Below are positions 52,086 through 61,889 of a DNA stretch of 64,000 nt, one piece after another (the first letter of the stretch is position 1; the number at the start of each line of letters is the position of its first letter). Both the position numbers and the translations under genes were made by a program. Source of the DNA: Chiloscyllium plagiosum (taxonomy: Eukaryota); assembly GCF_004010195.1 (NCBI RefSeq), contig NC_057758.1, positions 2,454,205 to 2,518,204 of the forward strand, given 5' to 3'. Below the pieces are notes generated by a model. The model had not been told where the DNA came from. It did no database searches and saw only the letters and a list, made by a program, of their open reading frames with translations.

Positions 52086-54846
52086 AAGGCGATCTAACAG
52101 GCAGTGTTTAGAATTTTCACAGTCGTAACGTAGACCAAGAGGGATCAGTCGCCATGTAAACAGAGAGATGCTGTGGGGTTACTCTGTGTGTGAAATAGAT
52201 CAAGAAAGAGCTATCATTGTGGTAACAGAGACGGAGTGTGGGGTCACTCAATATGTTAGACAGGTCAGGAGTGAGCTGTCACTGTGGCATAAACGGGGGT
52301 GTGGAGTCACTCGGTGTGCAATATAGATGAGGATGGAGTTGGGGATCCTCTTTGGGCTCAAATCCTATGAAGTACTGCACAATACAATCCACATTAAAGA
52401 ACCCCGGAGTGCTGGGGACGAGTCGAGAGAACAGATTGATTGCCAGTTTGGTTTGTTTTCTGAGATTTTCTGGTTTTATCTTGTGATTATATGGGGTCCC
52501 CAGAGATTCTGATGACGTTTATTTGTAGAGTTAACTTTCGACTATTTCTCCACCACAGGATTTCTGAAGCTTCCAATCAGAAAAAGTGTGAACTCTGGCA
52601 TGCCATTCCAATATGCAATCCTACTCCACCACTCCACATAACCACGGTTGATCTCTCTTTGCCTGCTTTCTCTCCCATTCCTTTTGGTCTCTTTCAACTT
52701 CAGGTCTACTTTTAACTCCTTCTTGATATCATCCTGTGCTCCTCACAGACTGTGGCAGAAATTCACTCATTGGGTGAAGATATTTCTCCTTGTCTCAGTA
52801 CGAAATGACCCCGTATCCTGAGATTGTGACCCCTTGTTCTTGACGCCACGTCATCGATAATTTCCTTCTTGTGTTTGCACCGTCTAGCCCTGTTAGGCTT
52901 TTTATTTGTCTCCATGAGATTCTTCCCTTTAACCTTCTAAACTCCAGTAAATATATTCATGTGCACTCCTGTTTCGCTTCATGTGCCAGTCCAGTCATCC
53001 CAGTTAATCTTTGCTTTGCATCCTTTGCTACATCTTCACCTGCTGTTAACAATGAACAAGTCAAAGAACCTCGGGTGAGACTTGATTTGATCGCGCACGT
53101 TTTGTTTTTTTTTTCTTTTCTGATCACTTAAGTCACTGAACAGCTTCACATGTGGCTGTCAAGGTACGTTTAACATAAGAGCAGGAAAGTATTCGAAACA
53201 AAACAGAATCAGTGATCTGGCAAAGTCCAGGTATAAGCATCAGAAAGGTGTGTTAAATCGTTTAATCTTATCAGAGCCATAAATCTCTGGAATTTATCTC
53301 TCACATGTCTTTACGTGCTCAGATGTACCCAGGATTCCCTTATCATTGATCACTTCTTTTTACTGATTTGTGACTCCAGTCCTGTATATTCCTCTCAACT
53401 ATTGAGTTTCCTCCATTCAGCGCATCTGTCCGGCACTGATGGGCCCACCATTAATTGCCCAAATAACATTGCCCCCTCGGGAAGGTTATGGTGACCTTCC
53501 TTCTTGACATGCTAGGTTCCACGTGCTGTAGGTGGACTCGTTAGGGAGGCACTTTCAGGATTTTGAACAGTGGATGTGAAGGAGAGGCGATGTGTTTCCA
53601 AATCAGGATGAACAGCATCTTAGTGGAGATCTTGCAGGGGAGTAGGGTTCCCATGGATCTATTGTCCTTGTTCTTCTGGATGAGAGTGGTCGTGGGTTTG
53701 CAAGGTGCTTCCTGAGGAACCTTGGTGAATTTCTGCAATGCATGTTGTAGGTAGTACACACTGGATGCTTGTGGATGCGTTGCCAATCAATTGAGCTGCT
53801 TTGTTCGGGATGGTGTCGAAATTCTTCAGTGTTTTTGGAACTGCATTCATCCACAGAAGTGGGAAATATTTTGTACACTTTCATGACTTGTTCCTTATTA
53901 AGCTGAACAGGCTTTTTGAAGTCAGGGTTCAAGTTAATTGCTGCATCACTCCCAGCCCCTGACCTTCTCTTGGAATCACGGAGTCGATATGGCTGGTCCA
54001 GTTCTGCTTCTGATTGCGACATGATTGAAAGTGAAGGGGCGGGCGTTACATTCTCTCTTTTTGTAGATGGCCATTGCCTGGCATTTTTGTGATGCCAAAG
54101 TCCTTGCCACTTGTCAGTCCGAGATATTGTCCATATCTCGTTGCATTTGAACATGGTCTGCTTCATTGTCTGAGTAGTGACAGTGCTGAATATTGTGCAA
54201 TCATCTACAAACGTCCTTGCTTCTGTCCTTATGATAGACGGATGTCATTGATGAAGCAGTTGAAGATGGTTGGGCGTCGGTCTATAGGCGTCGTTCCCTG
54301 AGGAACACCTGTAGAGATATCGTGGACCTGAGATTTCTGATCGCCAATAACCACAACTACCTTCCTGTGTACACGGTATAACTCCAACCGTTGGGTGAGA
54401 TGGGGGTGGGGGGTTATCTAATGATACATATTGACTCTACTTTTCCTCGGGCTCCTTTATGCCAATCAATTTAATGTGGCCTTGCTGTCATGGGACATCA
54501 CTCTCACCTCACTTCTGGTATGCAGTTCTCTTTTCCATGATCGAAGAAAGACTGTAATGACGTCAGCTTGCGTTCACGTGATCTCGTATAGCAGGCTGGG
54601 AAAAAGGCTCAGAGTTTATGGGATTCAAAGCAATTTGGCACATCGGATCCAAAATTGACTAAATGTGGGGAAACAAAGGGTGATAGTTGAAGTGTGTTTT
54701 TTGTCACTGTAAGCCTGTGACCAGTAGCATAGTGTTTGGCCCTTTGCTGTTTGTGGCGTACAGTAATAATGCAGACATGAAAGGTAGAGGGATAAACAGT
54801 GAGGAGGAAACCTTACACGGTAGACTATTATAGACAGGCTGGTCAG

Positions 54847-54945
54847 CGTCCAGAGTGTGGGGTTGGAAAAGCACACAGGTCAGGCAGCATCCAAGGAGTA
54901 GGAAAATCGACGTTTCGGGCATAAGCCCTTCATCAGGAGCATCAG
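54847..54945 (-). mobile_element. Penelope-derived insertion with hammerhead ribozyme core
   Basis: Minus strand CTGATGA-A-GGGC TTAT GCCC-GAAA-CGTC (54936-54909); GCTGGTCAG on both flanks. Confidence 0.78.
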
Positions 54946-55334
54946 ATGGTCAGCTGGTCAGAACAGTGGCAAATAGAATTGAATCCAGAAAAGTGTGTGG
55001 TGATTCAATCTGGGAGAATGAACAAGGCAAGGGACTACATGATGAATGATCGAACCCTGTACAGTAAAAAAAAGATCAGAGGGACCTTGATGTGAATCCC
55101 CATAGATCCTGAATGACAACAGGAGAGCTCGACAAGATGGTTCTGAAAGACGACAGCATACTTCCTTTTATCAGGAGATTGTTTGAACACAAGAGCAGAG
55201 AGATTGTGATGAAGCTGCACGTAATGTTAGCTAGGCCACAGCTGGAGTACTGTGTACAATTATGGTCATCACGTCAAGTGAATAATGTGAGGCACTGGAG
55301 CAGTGGAAACCGAAAGATTCCACGTGTTGTATAA

Positions 55335-55442
55335 ATCAGAAACAATGCCAGAAATTGCTGGAAAAGCTCAGTATCTCTGACAGCATCTGTGAAGAGAATC
55401 AGAGTTAATGTCTCTGGTCCGGCGACCCTTCCTCAGAACTGG
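55335..55442 (-). mobile_element. Short Penelope-type terminal fragment
   Basis: Minus strand CTGAGGAAGGGTCGCCGGACCAGAGACATTAACTCT, a degenerate hammerhead; related to the arms at 57954-58160. Confidence 0.55.
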
Positions 55443-55919
55443 GTTTTCGCGTCTTAAGGAGCATTTGAGACACCACATTGTCCAAGGCTAGAAACCAAGC
55501 GCTGGAAATTGGGATCAGATTGGATGGACGCTTAATGACCAGTATATATTCGATTGGCCAATACGTTTTCTTCTGATTGTAACCCCTTTTAATTCAATTG
55601 CTTCTTCAGCTGTAGAGTCAATTAGTTAAATTCTACAGGGGATTTCTCCTTGTGAGCTGTGTGAAAGCCTTTGGCAGAAAAGGTTGCCGTGTTCTGCAGG
55701 GAATGAAAAAGGTGTTACTCGAGGATTTTATCACACACCACTTTTTCCTCTCACCTCCATTCTTTCTGGCAGTGACCCTCCCTCGTCATTGCTAATTATT
55801 CATACTTCACTGTGGTGCAAAGTACAAGGGATTGAAAGGGTGTAACCACATCTGCTGTTCAGTCACTGTGATCTGCGTCCGTCTCCATAGATTTGAATTG
55901 TCTCGCCAAAGAGTTTCCA

Positions 55920-55975
55920 ACTTCACCAATAAAAAGGGATTCCTTTCGATGTGTCATTATATTGTATAAGCGGGA
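55920..55975 (+). promoter_or_regulatory. Possible CCAAT and TATA-like core promoter upstream of GPCR copy 3
   Basis: CCAAT at 55926-55930 and TATAAG at 55965-55970, ~120 bp upstream of the ATG-equivalent. Motif match only. Confidence 0.25.
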
Positions 55976-56924
55976 GCTTCACCTCCGACACTAACAGGGA
56001 ACATCAGCTCAGGAGAGAGGGAGAGCAGAGATCACAATCTGAGAGTAATAGACTGGAACATTGCAACAATTGATTAGAATCTGAAAACAATGGATTAGAA
56101 TATTGCAGCAATAGATATATCTTTCTCCGAAGTTCTTTATATGATTTCTAGAGATGAATATCATTATCAATACCATCACGGATCACATATGTCCTTTTAG
56201 ATTCTTGAGACGGGTTTCCTGGGGAATCTTGGTGGCCCTGGTAAATCTTCCTTCCCAGTTGTTAATCTCTCAAGCCACGTTGAACATAATGCCTGCCCTT
56301 GTCTCTCATGACTGTGTATAACTCCTTTGGAGTGTCCATTTCCAGTAAGGTATTCTGCAATCCACTTCGCTTCTGCCTGATTAAATATATTAGGTAAATG
56401 ACAGCTTCACTTTAACACAATGCTCCCACTTCTCTGAGATGCAAACGAACTCTCAGCATCCTCCGTGCACTGCTTGGTTCAGAGTTCAGTTCTAACTCTA
56501 CCTTTTGCTTAGCCTAACTGTGTATCAAACTTTATATGTCTTTGGGAAAACCAGACACAATAAAAAGCAGTCCCTGGGTTGCAGACATGTTCTGTTCAGG
56601 AACTTGTTCCCAGATCAATTTGTACGCAATGCAGGATAGTATGAAAGGACAGATCCTACGTACAGGAATGCTGCAACATCGACTCTTTAATATTATGTCT
56701 TTGCAGGGATCGTGTTCATACGTGTGAGCCTTCAAAAGTCAGACGTTCTTAAATCGGGCACCCACTGTATTGCAATTCGCTGCTGATCGTCCTTCCAGTT
56801 GAACACTTACATTAATGCTCCACCTATACTCGAATCTAAACCGCAACACCATCGCCTTGTCTGCTCGCAAGGCCTCCATTTTAATATTCTCATTCATGTA
56901 ATTGGATCTGTCCACCGTAATACT

Positions 56925-57330
56925 TATCATAGAATCATAGAATCATTGAGATGCACAGCATGGAAACAGACCCTTCAGTCCAACCCGTCCATATCCCTCC
57001 AAACCCTTCCTATTCATCTCCCCAACCAATGTTGCAATTGTACCAGCGTCCACCACTTCCTCTGGCACCTCATTCCATACACGTACCAACCTCTGTTTGA
57101 AAACGTTGTCCCATAGGTCACTTTTATACCTTTCCCCCATCAAATAGTAAGATTCATAAGATGATAGGGCAAAAGTAGTGCATTCAGCCTACTGTGTTGA
57201 TTCTACCATTCAATGAAATCTTGACTGATCTGATCGTCCGAAGTCCGCTTTCCTGCTTTTCCCCCCCATAATCCTGGATTCACTTCCTGATCAAAACACC
57301 GTCTATCTTAGGGTTGAATATACTTAATAA
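56925..57330 (-). mobile_element. CR1 3' tails in the copy 3 intron
   Basis: CATAGAATCATAGAATCAT tail; QRLVRVWNEVPEEVV. Confidence 0.75.
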
Positions 57331-57404
57331 GTATATTAGCAGAAGGGTTTACCGCCGTGTCATAACATTCTCCTTCCTTTTTTCTGACATTCATTTACCC
57401 CATC

Positions 57405-57797
57405 ATAGATTAGATTACTTACAGTGTGAAAACAGGCTCTTCGGCCCAACAAGTCCACACCGACCCTTCGAAGAACAACCAACCAAACCCCTACATTTAC
57501 CTAACACAAGGGGCAATTTAGCATAGCCAATTCACCTAACCTGCACATTTTGGGACTGTGGGAGGAAACCGGAGCACCCGGAGGAAACCCACGCAGACAC
57601 GGGGAGAATGTGCAAACTCCACACAGCCTGAGGAGCTGTGAGACAGCAGTGCTAACCATTGTGCCACCGTGCCGGGAGGAAACCGGAGCACCCGGAGGAA
57701 ACCCACGCAGACACGGGGAGAATGTGCAAACTCCACACAGACAGTTGCCTGAGGAGCTGTGAGACAGCAGTGCTAACCATTGTGCCACCGTGCCGCC
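57405..57797 (-). mobile_element. HE1 SINE with tandemly duplicated, box-B-deleted 5' half
   Basis: Near-identical units at ~57561-57674 and ~57675-57797. Confidence 0.9.
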
Positions 57798-57953
57798 TAC
57801 AATCTTGGGGTAGCACCAGAAATGATGATTTCAATTCATGTCAGGATGAACCAACACATTTGTCAATCTTAACGACTTCTTCACAACACTTAATATTTCA
57901 CAAAGCCTGGTGCATTTCAGACTGTATTTCCATACCTCACAGTTACATTAGTC

Positions 57954-58194
57954 ACCAAAAGAGAAAATGCTGGAACATCTCAGCAGGTCTGGCAGCATCT
58001 ATAAGGAGAGAAAAGAGCTGACGTTTCGAGTCTAACTGACCTTTTGTCAAAGCTGACAAAGCTTTGACAAAGGGTCAGTTAGACTCGAAACGTCAGCTCT
58101 TTTCTCTGCTTACAGATGCTGCCAGACCTGCTGAGATTTTCCAGCATTTTCTCTTTTGGTTGCAAATTCCAGCATCCGCAGTAATTTGCTTTTA
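57954..58194. mobile_element. Palindromic Penelope-type insertion in exon 2 of copy 3
   Basis: 100-bp arms at 57954-58053 and 58061-58160 with a 7-bp spacer. Target duplication TACATTAGTCAC (57944-57955) / TACATTAGTTAC (58195-58206). Confidence 0.85.
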
Positions 58195-59459
58195 TACATT
58201 AGTTACTATTGGTATCCTGTTTCTCAACAAATGTGGCCTTTCAAAGTGTGTAACTCGTTTCCTGGTGGTCATGGCAGCGGTGGTTTTGCTGATTACTGTC
58301 CTCAACCTGATATTAAGACACATTTGAATTGATTTTGAACACTTTTATTTTGAGAAGTCCATTCCCGCGTGCATTATCCATGATATTATGCTTTCTGCAG
58401 CCACTGACTGCTCTGTCTGGTTCACTGATCGAGTTGTGGCCACTTGTTGCCATAAACTGAAAAGTAAATATTGCACTGAGCCCCGGCTATTGGTATTCTG
58501 GGAACAGTGACTGCACTGAGCTGTTTAAAGAATATTTTCTGATATTTTATGTTAATGCATTATTATCAATTGCAGAACATTCAGTGGTTTTGCAAATTAA
58601 CAGCCGCCACTAACGAGTCTCCAGTCTGGGTCACAGTCGAGTTCCTCCATTACAGTCTAACCACATCTCTTCAATTTCTCCTGATTCTCCTGCTCAATAT
58701 TTTCACAGTCAGATACATTTTAGTGACCAGTAGAGCCCGGGGTGGGGGGGGGACTCAGTGCTCCCAGTAATGGAGAAAATACCAAGGACACGGAGATGGA
58801 GAACCAAAGAAAATCAGTAATTTTGCTGTATGTGATCTCGGCCTGTTTCGTTTTTTTTTAATGCTCAACATTAATGGTTCACTCAATGTGGTACCGCGTG
58901 TATTAGATGTGGTTTGATTCTGTCTGGATAGATCATCTTGTGAGGGAATTGGGCTCCTCAGTGGCTGAACAAACATTGTACTTTATAGAGCGACACAGTC
59001 TAAGTTCAGACAGCAGCTGAGGGTTGTGGTCGTTTTGCATTTGAAGATCAAAATGCCTGACACAGATACAGAGAGAGGGATCAAGGGACACAGGGACAGA
59101 AATGAGAAGGGTCGTGGAGAGATAGAGAGATGGATAGGGACAGACAAGGGGCACAGCAAACAAGCGATCGAGACAGAAATAGTAACAAACAGAACCAGAG
59201 AGGCAGAGAAGAGTGAATGAAAGAGAACAGAGGGGCATTGAAAATAAACACAGAGAGTGAGGGAGGCTGCATAGAATAATGAGCAAGGCGAGCAACAAAG
59301 AATTGATTGACGGTGGGGGGGACGAGACAAGAGTTAAGTAATGAGAGAGAGAGAGAAATTGAAAAACTATGTAAGCAAATGTGAAGAGAGAGTGACAGAG
59401 GAAGGATGCAGTAGGAAGAGGTGGGGTACTCAATGTCAGAAAAAGAGAAAGAGAACAAG

Positions 59460-60511
59460 TGTTACGACACAGCAAAGAACCCTTCTGTTAAAATAAGCAC
59501 CTAGAAAAGCTCACATCGCCTCATGACCTATTAAAATATGTGAGTGACAGATAACACCCAAATCCCATTACTAACAAAAATAATATCAATTTATTCTTTA
59601 ACTCTAAAAGTGAACTTTAAATAACAAATATTCACTACTCTCCGCCTCTCCGTTCTTTTAACTGCTTAGTACCCACCTCCAACATTATAACAATAATCTG
59701 TTCCACTAAAACTCTTATTAAAATTGCATCAATTAATTTCAAACTATGCAGCGACTGTCATCGTCTGTGACTTTCTGGTTTTAGCTGTAGATCTCCCTCT
59801 TTTTCTTGTTACTGTGAAGATGTTTAAAATGAAAATAAATCTTTGATAGCGAGTGCTTCAATGGCAGTTACTCTGCCTGACTTTCAAAACGCCAGCTTTT
59901 TTATTATACCCCCAACATTGGACCGTTTAATTGATTCGATTTTGGCAAAAACAAAAAATGCAAACTCGATTTTAGTGTCCTGGGACATAATTTAAACTAA
60001 TTGGTTAAATTCGAATTGTTATCAAAACTGCAACCACCTCAGGTACCTATTTCATGGCCAAATGTCATATGTTTGCTATTTTCTAGTACACTCCGAGACT
60101 GCTGGCTCTTCATGTGACAGGTGCCTGTAATCTCTCAGTGTCAAATAGCATTCACTGTCTCTTAAAGGTCTGGTACACGCCTTAGATTAGATTCCCTTCA
60201 GTGTGGAAACAGGCCTTTTTCTCGGCCCAAACAGTCCATACCGACCCTCCGAAGAGTAACCCACCCAGACCCATTCCCCCTAACAAATGCACGTAACTCT
60301 ACGGGTAATTTAGCATGACCAATTCACCTAACCTGCACATCTTTGGACTGTGGGAGAAAATCGGAGCACCCGGAGGAAACCCACGCAGACACGGGAAGAA
60401 TGTGCAAACTCCACACAGACAGTCGCCCGAGGCTGAAATTTAACCCGGGTCCCCGGCACTGTGAGGCAGCACTATGCCACCATGGCGCCCCACAACCTCA
60501 ACTTCATAACA
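59460..60511 (-). mobile_element. Solo LTR with nested HE1 SINE (-, ~60183-60491)
   Basis: TGTTAC...CATAACA termini; aligns with 3848-4925 (CATAATTTAAAC..ATTGGTTAAATTCGAATTGTT). Confidence 0.82.
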
Positions 60512-60724
60512 ACAGGCAATGAACTAAGTATGGAGACAGCAAGAGATGCCGAGAGCAGGAAAGAGAAAAGCAAAAGTTAAGATACACAGTGAGAGAACAA
60601 GGCAGAGACTGCGAGACAGCGAGAGCCAGAAGGGGAGAAAGAGATAGAGAAGGAGAAACATAGAGTGCAAATGACTGCGGGGGGAGGGGGTGGGGATGAG
60701 AGAGAAGCTCTCGTACAGAAAGAG

Positions 60725-61887
60725 TTGATGTGGAGAGGCCACTGTTGGACTGGTGGGAACAAAGGCAGAAGTCGCACGACACAGTCCAACAGGTTTATTT
60801 GAAATCACAATTTTTCTGAGCGCTGCTCGTTCGTCAGGTGAAGTGGAGGAAAGCACAAAGTCACAGAAATTGTATGCAGAGAAATAATGCTAAAATAATC
60901 CAGGCAATTTAGTCTGTCTAATGATAAATACAAATGATGTGTTTGGAGTGTCAACAGGGTGAACACAAAATCTTTCCAAGCAATCATAAGTGTCAACGGT
61001 GTCAGTAAAGTGTCAACAGCCACTTGGCAAATGAAGCAATGCCCTGTGGTCCGATCAATAGTTACAAAAAAAAATGTTGCTGGAGGCAAGCCAAATGGCT
61101 CGAATAACATGATAGCTCGAAGAGTCTCATGATGACTGTCTAATCAAAGTTACACGTTATCCAAAACTTTACAAACTGATTAAGGTAGGGAGAAAATGAC
61201 ATGTCAAAACAGAACAGTGTGGAAAATTTTACACAGAACAATATTTTGTAATACAAGTAGCGCAATGTAAACCTAAGATCACAGTTCAGGCCATCTTCAT
61301 GGGTACACTACGATGAGAACGTTCTCAACTGTGATCATGGGTTCATGTTCCGCTACATGTAATCCCATCATACTGTTCTGTGTAAAATCTTCCTTACTGC
61401 TGCATTTTGAAACCATTATCTTGACATCTTGCTATCACCTTTCTACCTTAATTAGTCTGTACAGTTATAGGCCATGTATTACTTTGGTTAGAAAGTCGTC
61501 ATGCGACTCTTCTAGCTATCAGGTTATTCCAGCCATTTGGGTTCTCTCCAGCACCATCCTACTTTTCATTTTATTTTTGTTTGTGATTATCAATCGGATC
61601 TTAGGGCATCACTTTGTTTGCTATCCAGCTGTTGACACTTTACTGACATCGTTTCACACGTTTGATCACATGCAAAGATTTCTTCTACAGACACTCGACT
61701 CATGCCATTTGTACTTATCTTTAGACACCGTTAATTACCTGGAATTATCTTGAAATTATATCTCTGCCGATAAATTTTATGCCTGTGTGCATCCCTCCAT
61801 TTCACCTGATGAAGGAGTAGAGCTAGGAAAGCTTGTGACTTTAAATAAACCTATTGGAATATAACCTGGTGTCGTGTGACTTCTGAA
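60725..61887. mobile_element. Inverted pair of Penelope 3' ends (~520-560-bp arms)
   Basis: 60767-61288 is the diverged reverse complement of 61324-61887. THEDGLN-like GIY-YIG C-terminus near the centre; hammerhead-like cores at ~60810-60837 (-) and 61806-61834 (+). Confidence 0.8.
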
Positions 61888-61889
61888 TT

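Larger units (their letters stand above)
53430..55600. mobile_element. Second-family LINE (-) and old CR1 (+) fragments, paralogous to 19250-22250
   Basis: Same order and junction as downstream of copy 1. Confidence 0.7.
56090..59030 (+). pseudogene. GPR139-like GPCR copy 3, pseudogene (exon 1 ~56090-56240, exon 2 from 57943)
   Basis: AATCTGAAAACAATGGAT matches the copy 1 start context but is followed by TAG at 56096. Donor CCCTG|GTAAAT at 56240/1; acceptor CCTCACAG| at 57942. Exon 2 fragments: TIGILFLNKCGLSKCVTRFLVVMAA, AATDCSVWFT, EFLHYSLTTSLQFLLILLLNIFTVRYILVTSRAR, TQSKFRQQL, with stops, deletions and an insertion. Confidence 0.88.

Noticed and set aside
57561..57797. Direct repeats as a CRISPR-like array
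   Set aside because: Eukaryotic SINE duplication; no unique spacers and no cas genes.
58933..59475. 180/125/115-aa hydrophobic minus-strand ORFs
   Set aside because: Same low-complexity artefact.
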